DNA of 14,579 bases from a virus (IMGVR_UViG_2529293240_000014), one strand, 5' to 3'; shown: positions 1-8,475, counted from the stretch's first letter. Numbers and translations: made by a program. Notes: a model not told the origin generated them from the sequence alone.

Positions 1-480
1 GTGGCGGACCTGACGTATGTTGCCACACAGGAGGGATGGTTGTACCTCGCTGGCATCAAAGATGTTTATACGTGCGAAATTGTCGGCTACGCCATGGGAG
101 AGCGCATGACAAAAGAGCTGACAGGTAAAGCCCTGTTTATGGCGCTCAGGAGCCAGCGCCCACCTGCCGGGCTAATCCACCACTCTGATCGAGGTTCACA
201 GTACTGCGCATACGATTACCGGGTCATACAGGAGCAGTTTGGTCTGAAAACATCAATGTCGCGTAAAGGTAACTGTTACGACAACGCTTCGATGGAAAGC
301 TTCTGGGGAACGCTGAAAAATGAGAGCCTGAGCCACTATCGTTTTAATAACCGGGATGAAGCCATCTCAGTAATACGGGAATACATTGAGATTTTCTACA
401 ATCGTCAGCGTCGTCACTCTCGTCTGGGGAATATCTCCCCGGCAGCCTTCAGGGAAAAATATCATCAGATGGCTGCTTAA
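1..480 (+). CDS. IS3-family transposase OrfB, C-terminal fragment (5' end outside window)
   Basis: Translation carries integrase-core motifs typical of IS3-group OrfB (HHSDRGSQY, SMSRKGNCYDNA, YNRQRRHSRLG). Stop at 478-480. Confidence 0.85.
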   Translation: MADLTYVATQEGWLYLAGIKDVYTCEIVGYAMGERMTKELTGKALFMALRSQRPPAGLIHHSDRGSQYCAYDYRVIQEQFGLKTSMSRKGNCYDNASMESFWGTLKNESLSHYRFNNRDEAISVIREYIEIFYNRQRRHSRLGNISPAAFREKYHQMAA

Positions 481-522
481 AAAAAGAACAAATGGTAGTG
501 TCCGCTATTGCCTGTACACCTC
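1..522 (+). mobile_element. IS3-family insertion sequence, 3' portion only (IS600-like); the window begins inside the element
   Basis: ORF 1..480 encodes the C-terminal DDE transposase core (HHSDRGSQY...MSRKGNCYDNA...). The adjacent minus-strand endolysin frame diverges from endolysin-like sequence at about 520-523, which places the IS end there. Exact end not resolved. Confidence 0.65.
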
Positions 523-600
523 AGTGATTAACACAGATGCTATAGCAACAGCCCCGCCACCAATAGCAACTGCAACAGCCTTGCGTAATGATGGCGACAT
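523..600 (-). pseudogene. SAR endolysin (phage 21 R-like lysozyme), N-terminal ~26 codons only, truncated by the IS insertion
   Basis: Minus-strand ATG at 600-598 overlaps the holin stop (TAATG). Translation [26 protein letters not shown] is a signal-anchor-release N-terminus; the frame then reads into IS-derived sequence and stops. Confidence 0.6.
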
Positions 601-815
601 TATTCACCTCTCGCAGCCTTACGCTTGTCTTCTCTTATTTTGAAATACAGATTCGTCAGATAAGTCAGAAGCCCCAGAAGCAGACTTCCCAGCACACCAA
701 TCGCAGCCCACTGTGACGGACTGACCTGATCAAGCCACTGTAAAAGCCAGTAGCCGGCACTGCCGGCGGAGGTGCCGTAGGCAATGCCCGTTGACATTTT
801 GTCCATAGATTTCAT
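600..815 (-). CDS. Class II holin / pinholin (phage 21 S-like, EssD-like), 71 aa
   Basis: Start ATG at 815 preceded by GGAGGTGAGG. Translation [71 protein letters not shown] with dual-start motif (M1/M4) and two TM segments. The ORF-track extension to 902 has no RBS and spans a terminator hairpin. Confidence 0.85.
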   Translation of the reverse strand: MKSMDKMSTGIAYGTSAGSAGYWLLQWLDQVSPSQWAAIGVLGSLLLGLLTYLTNLYFKIREDKRKAARGE

Positions 816-875
816 AACCTCACCTCCGCAAATAACGGATGGCGTAGCTTTACACTGAGAGACGAAAAGGATTTG

Positions 876-898
876 AAAAAAAGCCCGCAAAAGCGGGC
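876..898 (-). terminator. Intrinsic terminator just upstream of the holin gene
   Basis: Plus-strand aaaaaaa-GCCCGC-aaaa-GCGGGC; on the minus strand this is a GC-rich 6-bp hairpin followed by a 7-U tract. Confidence 0.5.
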
Positions 899-1106
899 GC
901 AACGGAATCTACAGTAAGGAAAGCACTCTATCCAACAAAACACCCACAGTTAATCGGAATAAAAGCAGAGTGCTTATGAATGATCGCCTGCCCGAAGGTT
1001 GGTATTTCTGCACAGCAATTTTGCAAAAAAGACGAGCATTCAAAACGCAAACGTCTTTCAGTCACTCCGTGCTTTCCCATCATCGCAGACTGAAAGACTT
1101 TAACTT

Positions 1107-1178
<72 letters not shown>

Positions 1179-1181
1179 ATA

Positions 1182-1257
<76 letters not shown>

Positions 1258-1259
1258 GC

Positions 1260-1336
1260 TGGCCCACCACCGAGAACTCGAACCTCGCACCGTCAACTTA
1301 GAAGGTTGATGCTCTATCCGGATGAGCTAGCGGTGG
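1260..1336 (-). tRNA. tRNA-Arg (anticodon UCU, reads AGA), phage argN/argO-type
   Basis: Reverse complement folds as a cloverleaf: acceptor CCACCGC/GTGGTGG (one G-U), D-arm GCTC/GAGC, anticodon stem TCAAC/GTTGA with loop CTTCTAA, T-loop TTCGAGT, encoded CCA. Confidence 0.75.
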
Positions 1337-1337
1337 T

Positions 1338-1414
1338 TGGTGGCCCTTGCTGGACTTGAACCAGCGACCTGGCGATTATGAGTCGCTCGCTCTGACCAAC
1401 TGAGCTAAAGGGCC
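1338..1414 (-). tRNA. tRNA with CAU anticodon, ileX/ileZ-like (tRNA-Ile2, lysidine type, reads AUA); Met cannot be excluded
   Basis: Reverse complement GGCCCTTTAGCTCAGTTGGTCAGAGCGAGCGACTCATAATCGCCAGGTCGCTGGTTCAAGTCCAGCAAGGGCCACCA. Perfect acceptor stem, loop CTCATAA, T-arm GCTGG-TTCAAGT-CCAGC; close to E. coli ileX as recalled. Confidence 0.8.
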
Positions 1415-1502
1415 GGAGGCAGAATAATAACCATATGTCATCACATCTGCAAACTCATCTGACCACCAGCACGTTTAACGTCCTGTGCCGTTTTTCAGGT
1501 AT

Positions 1503-1527
1503 AAAAAAACCCGCATAAAGCGGGCTC
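1503..1527 (-). terminator. Intrinsic terminator downstream of Q (tR'-like)
   Basis: Plus-strand aaaaaaa-CCCGC-ataaa-GCGGG; on the minus strand a hairpin followed by a 7-U tract, about 80 nt downstream of the Q stop. Confidence 0.55.
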
Positions 1528-1603
1528 TTTCAAATGTCCATGTCTGCTATTCGCCTCGCGGTACAGCTTTGCGAAGCGTACAAGAATTGAAGCAGTTTTT
1601 ACG

Positions 1604-2158
1604 TCAAAAAGCAATAACTTTTTTCTCTATACCAAAAGCCATAACCATTGGTTTGTACAAAATAAATTCTGCCACCTTTAGCCAATGCTCAATGCGTCTT
1701 TCACAGGTTCTTAAACTCCATTTCGGGTGTGCATCATTCAGCAGTTCAGCCATTTTGCGTTTGGTCATCCCCCGCCCCTCATACCGTTGCCGAAGGACGC
1801 TAATCAATCCTGGATGCTCTGCCAGCACCTCACTTATGACCCGATCAATACATAACGCCTCTGCATCAGTACAATGCGCCAGCCAGCTCTTTTGCTTACC
1901 GTTAATCATATCCCGCAAAAAAGCCTCAAGTTCAGACTTGTTCAGACCTGCTTTTTTCATCCTCCGGAGCGCCTCGTTAATTGCCGTTTTTGTCAGCTTT
2001 TTAGAGGTCAACATCAGGTTAAACATATTCCCCGTCTTACCGCCACCAATATACGACCAGCGCCCCCACATACGTAGTTTTCCCTGAATCCAGACACTTT
2101 CCAGCGTGGTGAGACGAAGGTGTTCTCCGCTTTTTCCTGTATTCGTTGGGTAAATCAT
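1604..2158 (-). CDS. Late-gene antitermination protein Q (lambdoid Q-like), 184 aa
   Basis: ATG at 2158 preceded by AAGGAGGG and overlapping the upstream stop (ATGA). Lies directly upstream of the terminator, tRNA cluster and holin; family assignment is from recalled similarity and synteny. Confidence 0.7.
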   Translation of the reverse strand: MIYPTNTGKSGEHLRLTTLESVWIQGKLRMWGRWSYIGGGKTGNMFNLMLTSKKLTKTAINEALRRMKKAGLNKSELEAFLRDMINGKQKSWLAHCTDAEALCIDRVISEVLAEHPGLISVLRQRYEGRGMTKRKMAELLNDAHPKWSLRTCERRIEHWLKVAEFILYKPMVMAFGIEKKVIAF

Positions 2159-2445
2159 AAATATCCCTCCTTTCTCCAGATTTCTTGTGTGCGAAAAACA
2201 CCTTCTGCATGCATCAGGCGTAATTCTTCTTTGGTGTAATCGCTGGTTTTTACCCGCCCGTCGATTAAATCGTGGCACGAGCTACAGGCAATCGCTGCCT
2301 GCATATCGTGTGGCTTTATCGCTGTTCCGCACGTTCCCGCCAGTCGGTAATGCGCCAGCACAGACGTTTCCGGATCGTGATTGCAGTAGCCAGGAATTCT
2401 GACGGTGCACATCTGCCCCCGCGCCGCTTTAAGTAAATCCACCAT
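2155..2445 (-). CDS. YbcO-like protein (DUF1364; putative phage nuclease), 96 aa
   Basis: Translation MVDLLKAARGQMCTVRIPGYCNHDPETSVLAHYRLAGTCGTAIKPHD...ACSSCHD resembles DLP12 YbcO with conserved Cys/His. Start overlaps the upstream stop (TAATG). Confidence 0.8.
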   Translation of the reverse strand: MVDLLKAARGQMCTVRIPGYCNHDPETSVLAHYRLAGTCGTAIKPHDMQAAIACSSCHDLIDGRVKTSDYTKEELRLMHAEGVFRTQEIWRKEGYL

Positions 2446-2613
2446 TACGCAAACTCCAGCAGCTGCGCGGCCACATTTTCGACTTGTTCCGGAGAGGAAA
2501 ATTTACGGAACAGAATCCAGTTCCACAGCACATTCAGTACAGATTTATAAACCTGCTGAAACTCGGTTTCGTCCATATTCGCAAACGCGATAGATTTCGC
2601 CCGACACCCACGG
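2445..2613 (-). pseudogene. YbcN-like (DUF1367) gene, 3' fragment separated from its 5' part by IS911
   Basis: In-frame minus-strand translation ...RAKSIAFANMDETEFQQVYKSVLNVLWNWILFRKFSSPEQVENVAAQLLEFA ends at TAA overlapping the ybcO-like ATG. It joins the 5' fragment (3863..4296) in frame once IS911 and one CGG copy are removed (600 nt total). Confidence 0.7.
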
Positions 2614-2621
2614 TGAAGTGG

Positions 2622-3790
<1,169 letters not shown>

Positions 3791-3862
3791 TGGAGCACCT
3801 GTGTTGTTCTGAGGTGAGCATATCACCTCTGTTCAGGTGGCCAAATTCAGTGTGCCACTTCA

Positions 3863-4296
3863 CGGCTACCGTCCGGATAAAAATGCTCGGTGTAAAATCC
3901 GGCCTGAATGGCTACCCACTCGCGGAAAGCCTCAAACGACTTTAGCAAAGCCGTATCACGGGTTCTGCGTGTCGCAACTGTATTCAGATATTGCTCTGCG
4001 GCTTCGCTCAGAGCTGGCGTATGTTCCCGGCCTACTGATTCACACAGGTAATCAACGAAACCGGACACCAGTTTTCGTTCGCGAGGCGTGATCGCCCCAC
4101 CGACCGGAGTCCAGTAATCGAAACCCAGTTGCAGGAGTTTGAAAAAACGCTTGTGGAATGCGTAGTTACGCACACGCTTAAAGTCTGCGTGTATCCACTC
4201 ACCTATTTTGATTTGATGCAGAAAATCGCAACTCTCCGGCGTCGCCGGGAGAAGTAATCCGGAAGAGGTTTGTTTGACCAGTTGTATATGTGCCAT
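3863..4296 (-). pseudogene. YbcN-like (DUF1367) gene, 5' fragment interrupted by IS911
   Basis: ATG at 4296 preceded by GGAGAAAG. Translation MAHIQLVKQTSSGLLLPATPESCDFLHQIKIGEWIHADFKRVRNYAFHKRFFKLLQLGFDYWTP... resembles DLP12 YbcN; the frame runs into the IS911 end at 3862. Confidence 0.75.
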
Positions 4297-4334
4297 CGGC
4301 TTTCTCCGGTGGCACGGTGTTACACAGCAGGAGT

Positions 4335-4622
4335 TCAATCCTGCTCAAGATTGTAGATGAGTTTATTCTTCAGCAAAAGCAGAAAACCAGCCTTAAAACC
4401 AATCTCTTTCAAAACCCGTAATGATGTGACAAATTCGTCCTCACGCAAAATAAAACCGTCCGTCAGAAGTCCATTACAAAAATAAAATAACACAGCACCG
4501 CTCTTCCTTTGTTGAGATTGCAAACATCTAATGCGGCAATGGCTGACAATCGCTCCATTCTCAACGCGCACAGCATAGAGGCTATTTTCACTAAAAATTT
4601 CACGCAATTCTTCGATTTTCAT
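4335..4622 (-). CDS. Hypothetical protein, 95 aa, unknown function
   Basis: ORF with start at 4622 preceded by GGAAGGA. No family recognised by eye. Sits between the hok locus and the ybcN-like gene. Confidence 0.5.
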   Translation of the reverse strand: MKIEELREIFSENSLYAVRVENGAIVSHCRIRCLQSQQRKSGAVLFYFCNGLLTDGFILREDEFVTSLRVLKEIGFKAGFLLLLKNKLIYNLEQD

Positions 4623-4751
4623 CTTCAGAATCCTTCCAGATAAATAGCTCTCCCCTGTTCGGGGTCCATCCCTCTTCTCCCTGCGCGCTACTTAAGTGAG
4701 TCGATTCTATCTGCGAAGGTGCGCGAATCAAATTCACCGGAAATAAACAAC

Positions 4752-4796
4752 AAAAAACCCGCCGAAACGCTGAGAGATCACAGCGATGGGCGGGTT
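4752..4796 (-). terminator. Terminator / 3' fold-back structure of the hok transcript
   Basis: Plus-strand aaaaaa-CCCGCC-(25 nt)-GGCGGG; on the minus strand a long hairpin followed by a U-tract, about 80 nt past the hok stop. Confidence 0.45.
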
Positions 4797-4871
4797 AAGT
4801 GCGGGTGCGTTGAGGATGCCTGACACATCAGAGGTGGGCGGGGATGGGATCAGCTCCCCACCCGGTCACTC

Positions 4872-5027
4872 TTACTTCCTGGATTCGTAGTCTACGAAGA
4901 CAGCGACCTCCGTCTGGCCGGTTCGGATTCGTACCTCACAGAGGTCTTTCCTCGTTACCAGCGCCGTCACTATGACGGTTAAACAGATGACGATCAGGGC
5001 GATTAACATCGCCTTTTGCTGCTTCAT
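4872..5027 (-). CDS. hok: Hok/Gef-family type I toxin (HokD/RelF-like), 51 aa
   Basis: Translation MKQQKAMLIALIVICLTVIVTALVTRKDLCEVRIRTGQTEVAVFVDYESRK: single TM helix plus conserved C-terminal Hok motif. ATG at 5027 preceded by AAGGAG. In-frame upstream ATGs at 5054 and 5084 give a mok-like overlapping frame. Confidence 0.85.
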   Translation of the reverse strand: MKQQKAMLIALIVICLTVIVTALVTRKDLCEVRIRTGQTEVAVFVDYESRK

Positions 5028-5034
5028 AGCCTGC

Positions 5035-5105
5035 TTCTCCTTGCCTTTCGGCATGTAAGAGGCTAACCTACATGTGCAAAGCATGAAATTGGCCTCAGAT
5101 TAATG
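5035..5105 (+). ncRNA. Putative Sok-like antisense RNA opposite the hok/mok translation-initiation region (inferred, boundaries approximate)
   Basis: Inferred from hok/sok architecture: the antisense regulator lies opposite the mok start (5054-5084). A possible plus-strand promoter is TTGCCT (5041-5046), 17 nt, TAACCT. Not directly demonstrable. Confidence 0.25.
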
Positions 5106-5254
5106 TTAAGCGTCTTGCCGGACGCGTAATGTTAACTGGGGCTTTTCTCTATCTGCCTTTTGGTGTTCATGCCTGAAGCAGATAGCCTCAAGCACCCGCA
5201 GTCATTCTACTTACCTCGCCAATATGAAATCAATCAGAAAGGTGCCCCATAAAA

Positions 5255-5941
5255 TCACTCCTTCTCTTCTTTACCGTAGTGGAGTTGACCAATTTTGATA
5301 AGAGGGCGTCCCTGAGATTTGCGGTGTAGATTGGTATCGCGCAGAGAATACACACAGCCACAATATTCCTGCTGATAGAATTTTTCGCGCTTGCTGATTT
5401 CAATCATACGGGACGAGCCGCCCTGCTTGCGCCAGTTATAATCCCAGTACACCATGCCCGGATAATGCGCGACGGCTCGCCGCCCACAGTCGTTAACCTG
5501 CTGCATATTTTTCCAGCGAGAAATGCCCAGTGAACTGCTGATCACACTGAAACCATTTTCAGCGGCGTACAGCGCTGTCCGCTCAAAACGCATGTCAAAA
5601 CACATGGTGCAACGGATCCCTCGTTCGGGCTCCCATTCCATTCCTTTGGCTCGTTCAAACCAGTTGTCTGTGTCGTAATCAGCATCAATAAACGGCACGC
5701 CGTGTTGTTCAGCAAAGCGAATATTCTCATCCTTACGAATTAAATACTCTTTCTGAGGATGAATGTTCGGGTTGTAGAAAAAGATGGTGTAGTCGATTCC
5801 CGAGGCCTGAAGCGCCTCCATCACCTCACCGGAACATGGAGCACAGCAAGAGTGCAGTAGTAGTTTGTTTGCCCCGTTTGGGAGCTCCAATTTGGGCCGT
5901 TTGAAATCAGCAACTGTCATAAATATGTTTATTGGGGTCAT
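5255..5941 (-). CDS. queH: QueH-like epoxyqueuosine reductase (DUF208 family), 228 aa
   Basis: Translation has the DUF208 hallmarks: [11 protein letters not shown] near the N-terminus, [23 protein letters not shown], and C-terminal QEYCGCVYS. No obvious SD before either candidate start (5941 or 5920). Confidence 0.8.
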   Translation of the reverse strand: MTPINIFMTVADFKRPKLELPNGANKLLLHSCCAPCSGEVMEALQASGIDYTIFFYNPNIHPQKEYLIRKDENIRFAEQHGVPFIDADYDTDNWFERAKGMEWEPERGIRCTMCFDMRFERTALYAAENGFSVISSSLGISRWKNMQQVNDCGRRAVAHYPGMVYWDYNWRKQGGSSRMIEISKREKFYQQEYCGCVYSLRDTNLHRKSQGRPLIKIGQLHYGKEEKE

Positions 5942-6088
5942 AAAAATATCAAAGAGTGTAGCATTAGAACGGGGCTATCGGAAACAGATGTGTGACTGCT
6001 CCCCGCCCTTTCGGGCGGTCTCCTGATGATTTGAGGGTGCAGAAATCCCTCCGGTTAAGGATTAAATTTTTAACAGTGCTAAATTTAA

Positions 6089-6445
6089 TTATTCAGTTCT
6101 GGATTTTGTCGCCCTGCGTATCCGCGCTTTCGCGTTACGCTCAATCTGTATCAGCTTTTCTATATTTCTCCGCCTTTCCTGTTCCTCCTGGCGCAATAGC
6201 CTTACATCATCTGCCAGTCTGGTTTCTCTTTTTGCCACAGAGAGCATCCAGTCAAACGGCTCCACAACCGCACCGCAGATTTTACAGCGGACCTGACGCT
6301 CTTTTTCGTCAACCCGTACAGAGGCGTGATGGCAATATGGTCTTTCCGATGGCTCATAAAGAAAATTAACCTGATTACGAGGGTCATCCTCTTTTATCGG
6401 AAATAAAACGATATTGCTTAACTCATCTTCTGGTTTTATTTCCAT
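6089..6445 (-). CDS. Hypothetical protein, 118 aa, putative zinc-ribbon plus basic coiled-coil tail
   Basis: ATG at 6445 preceded by AGGAGAGGAG. Translation MEIKPEDELSNIVLF...PYCHH...CKICG...; C-terminus rich in R/E/K/Q. Sits in the lambda ninB position; no family recognised. Confidence 0.55.
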   Translation of the reverse strand: MEIKPEDELSNIVLFPIKEDDPRNQVNFLYEPSERPYCHHASVRVDEKERQVRCKICGAVVEPFDWMLSVAKRETRLADDVRLLRQEEQERRRNIEKLIQIERNAKARIRRATKSRTE

Positions 6446-6502
6446 GCTCCTCTCCTTTGATGCGAATGCCAGCGGTAATTGAAGCCTGATAGCTAATTTC
6501 AT

Positions 6503-6925
6503 TCACAGTATCGCCTCCTGAAAATTACCCTGATAGAAAGCCAGTACACGCTGCATAGCTTCGCTCTTCCGGCACTCGCGACAGATTATATTCAGGCGCC
6601 TGTCGTAGCGGCGTATTTCTCCGTCAGGTAATGACCAGATAAGGTCCGGATCAACAACAACCGGTTTCCTCACCTTTACTCTCGAGAGTTTTTTGCGGGC
6701 GCTTTGCCAGTCCTTGCGAGCCTGTTCAGACGGGAATAAGCCGTAGCCAGAATTATATACATCACCACTTGCGACCAGTTCTATGCATAAGCGACCGACA
6801 GACGCACGACTGATACCTGTTTCATCGGACAACTGCCGAATCGTGACCCGACCGTCCTGATGCACGAGTTCCACAATTCGCGTCTTCAGTTCTTCCCGCT
6901 GTTCGGGAGTAAAAGGTTTCGCCAT
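6503..6925 (-). CDS. Ren-like protein (lambda Ren family, extended), 140 aa
   Basis: ATG at 6925 preceded by AGGAGG. HTH-like segment TIRQLSDETGISRASVGRLCIELVASGDV and C-terminal motif CRECRKSEAMQRVLAFY resembling lambda Ren (KECRQSAAMKRVLAVY). Position immediately after the DnaC/P-like gene. Confidence 0.6.
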   Translation of the reverse strand: MAKPFTPEQREELKTRIVELVHQDGRVTIRQLSDETGISRASVGRLCIELVASGDVYNSGYGLFPSEQARKDWQSARKKLSRVKVRKPVVVDPDLIWSLPDGEIRRYDRRLNIICRECRKSEAMQRVLAFYQGNFQEAIL

Positions 6926-6939
6926 AAATCCTCCTGAAA

Positions 6940-7686
6940 CTACTTAACAACCCTCGAATGGCTAACATTCGGACGCCAGCTCTCCCAGTTAAAATTCACC
7001 CAGCGCCCGCCGTTCATGACCATGCGATCCATCACCCGCTCGCCGAGCAATGTTTTCATCACCTCATAGTTCAGGTTTGTCAGCATCCCCACGCTGCGCA
7101 TCGACGCTGTCCGGCGATCAACAATCTGGTGCAGCACCACCTGCTCGTTTTTCGTCTCGCGCTGAATGCCAATTTCATCAAGAACCAGCAGATCCACTTC
7201 GCACAGCTCCCGCAAAAATTTTTCGCCTGACTGCCCGTCGTCATAGCTGGCGTGCAGGGCGCTCATAACATCAGCCACGGTAACCACAATCACTGTCTGA
7301 CCGTCTTTCAGCAGGCGATTCCCGATAGCTGCCGCTAAGTGATTCTTCCCGGTACCAGGTTTTCCGCTGAACGCAAAATTTGTACACCCGGTCATCAGTT
7401 CATCGGCGATGGATTTCGCCTGGCTTAACGCGTATCGCTGGCCGTCGTTCTGCACCTGGTAATTCGCAAACGAGCATTTACGGTGCAACGGCTGGATGCC
7501 TGAGCGATTCAGAATTTTTTCCACCCGCAACTGGCGATTCAGGCGGTTGATCTCCTCGCTACGTTTCTGGCCTTCAGCAAGTTGCCACTCGCGCCACTCC
7601 GCTACCGTTCTGAATGGGGCGGTTACATGTGGCGGGGTCAGTCGGCGGATGCGTTCCAAAACGCCGCCTGTCGCAATATTTTTCAT
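6940..7686 (-). CDS. DnaC-like replicative helicase loader (IstB-like AAA+ ATPase), 248 aa
   Basis: Walker A FSGKPGTGKNHLAAAIGNRL and Walker B DLLVLDEIG; overall DnaC-like. Start lies 4 nt after the upstream gene's stop. Confidence 0.9.
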   Translation of the reverse strand: MKNIATGGVLERIRRLTPPHVTAPFRTVAEWREWQLAEGQKRSEEINRLNRQLRVEKILNRSGIQPLHRKCSFANYQVQNDGQRYALSQAKSIADELMTGCTNFAFSGKPGTGKNHLAAAIGNRLLKDGQTVIVVTVADVMSALHASYDDGQSGEKFLRELCEVDLLVLDEIGIQRETKNEQVVLHQIVDRRTASMRSVGMLTNLNYEVMKTLLGERVMDRMVMNGGRWVNFNWESWRPNVSHSRVVK

Positions 7687-7692
7687 GGTCCG

Positions 7693-8475
7693 TTACCCCC
7701 TGAAGCCTGGCGGGATCGCACTGTCCGGCAACGAGACGGTGTTAACCTGTCGGAGCAACGTCTCAGGCCGAACACCTTTCGGCGCGAACAGGCCCTGGTA
7801 TTCATTGGCGATGCTGTGTCGAATCACCTGCTCAGGTGTAAAACCCTGCTGACGGAATTTTTCCAGTTCCCGTATCGCCCCGTTAGCGCCCTGCTCCGTT
7901 CGAATCGGTTTTCGCAATGCCTGTCTGAACCGGACCCACTCATGCCAGAGTGTTTCCGGCAACCAATCGGGCAGCTCAATAGCCTCCGGCTCGAATTTTT
8001 TAGACGCTCGTTTTTGGCGAGGGGGATTTAGGGGGAGATCAGTATTTAGATCTTCCTCTTCCTCTGGTAACGCTTTTTGATCCGTTTGTGTAACGCTGGC
8101 AGCGTTACCTTTTCGTTTCAGTTCGCGTATTTTTGTTACTCGCTCGTTTGTAACCGCCCGTTTTTTAGAGCTTTTTCCGTTATGACGTTCAAAGTTAGGT
8201 AGAGAAAGCCCACCGTCATTTTCGACCAGCCATCCAACCTGAATTAACGCATCAGCAAAACCAGACATAAAAGTGATGCGATCTATTGCACTTTTTGTAA
8301 CGCCGCGAGCGTTACAATCTGCATTACCGTCTATCATTTGTTGATCCGCCCATGCCCAGAAGCGAATAACCTTCCCTAATGCGGCATCTGGATCAATATT
8401 CAGAATCTCAGCAAGCCTGAATATTTCCGGCTTATCCGGCGTAATAACCTCGAGCTTTATCCAGTTTGAAGCCAT
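7693..8475 (-). CDS. Phage replication initiation protein (YdaU-like, DUF1376; lambda O position), 260 aa
   Basis: ATG at 8475 preceded by AAGGTGA. Lies between the YdaT-like and DnaC-like genes; carries internal palindromic iteron-like repeats. Confidence 0.7.
   Translation of the reverse strand: MASNWIKLEVITPDKPEIFRLAEILNIDPDAALGKVIRFWAWADQQMIDGNADCNARGVTKSAIDRITFMSGFADALIQVGWLVENDGGLSLPNFERHNGKSSKKRAVTNERVTKIRELKRKGNAASVTQTDQKALPEEEEDLNTDLPLNPPRQKRASKKFEPEAIELPDWLPETLWHEWVRFRQALRKPIRTEQGANGAIRELEKFRQQGFTPEQVIRHSIANEYQGLFAPKGVRPETLLRQVNTVSLPDSAIPPGFRG
8089..8108. repeat. Palindromic iteron-like site TGTAACGC-N5-GCGTTAC, copy 1, inside the replication gene
   Basis: tgtaacgctggcagcgttac is a perfect 19-bp dyad. 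Flanked by half-sites (gtaacgc at 8067-8073, tgtaaccgc at 8149-8157) and an AT-rich stretch at 8110-8170. Confidence 0.5.
8296..8316. repeat. Palindromic iteron-like site TGTAACGC-N5-GCGTTACA, copy 2
   Basis: tgtaacgccgcgagcgttaca; 8-bp arms exact reverse complements. Confidence 0.5.

Noticed and set aside
816-902. N-terminal extension of the holin ORF (track start at 902)
   Set aside because: The upstream ATG has no RBS and the extension spans the terminator hairpin at 876-898; the holin starts at 815 behind GGAGGTGAGG.
1485-2087. 200-aa plus-strand ORF, and nested 1874..2077
   Set aside because: Antisense to the Q-like gene, low-complexity translation, no RBS; likely an open antisense frame.
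3837-4091. 84-aa plus-strand ORF
   Set aside because: Starts inside the IS911 end and runs antisense to the ybcN-like 5' fragment.
5542-5730. 62-aa minus-strand ORF
   Set aside because: Nested in an alternative frame inside the queH-like gene.
5992-6387. ORFs 5992..6369 (+) and 6202..6387 (-)
   Set aside because: Overlap the better-supported 118-aa gene (6089..6445, strong RBS) in antisense or alternative frames.
6958-8031. Plus-strand ORFs 6958..7230, 7050..7268, 7496..7852, 7582..8031
   Set aside because: All antisense to the DnaC-like and replication-initiator genes, which have clear motifs and RBSs.
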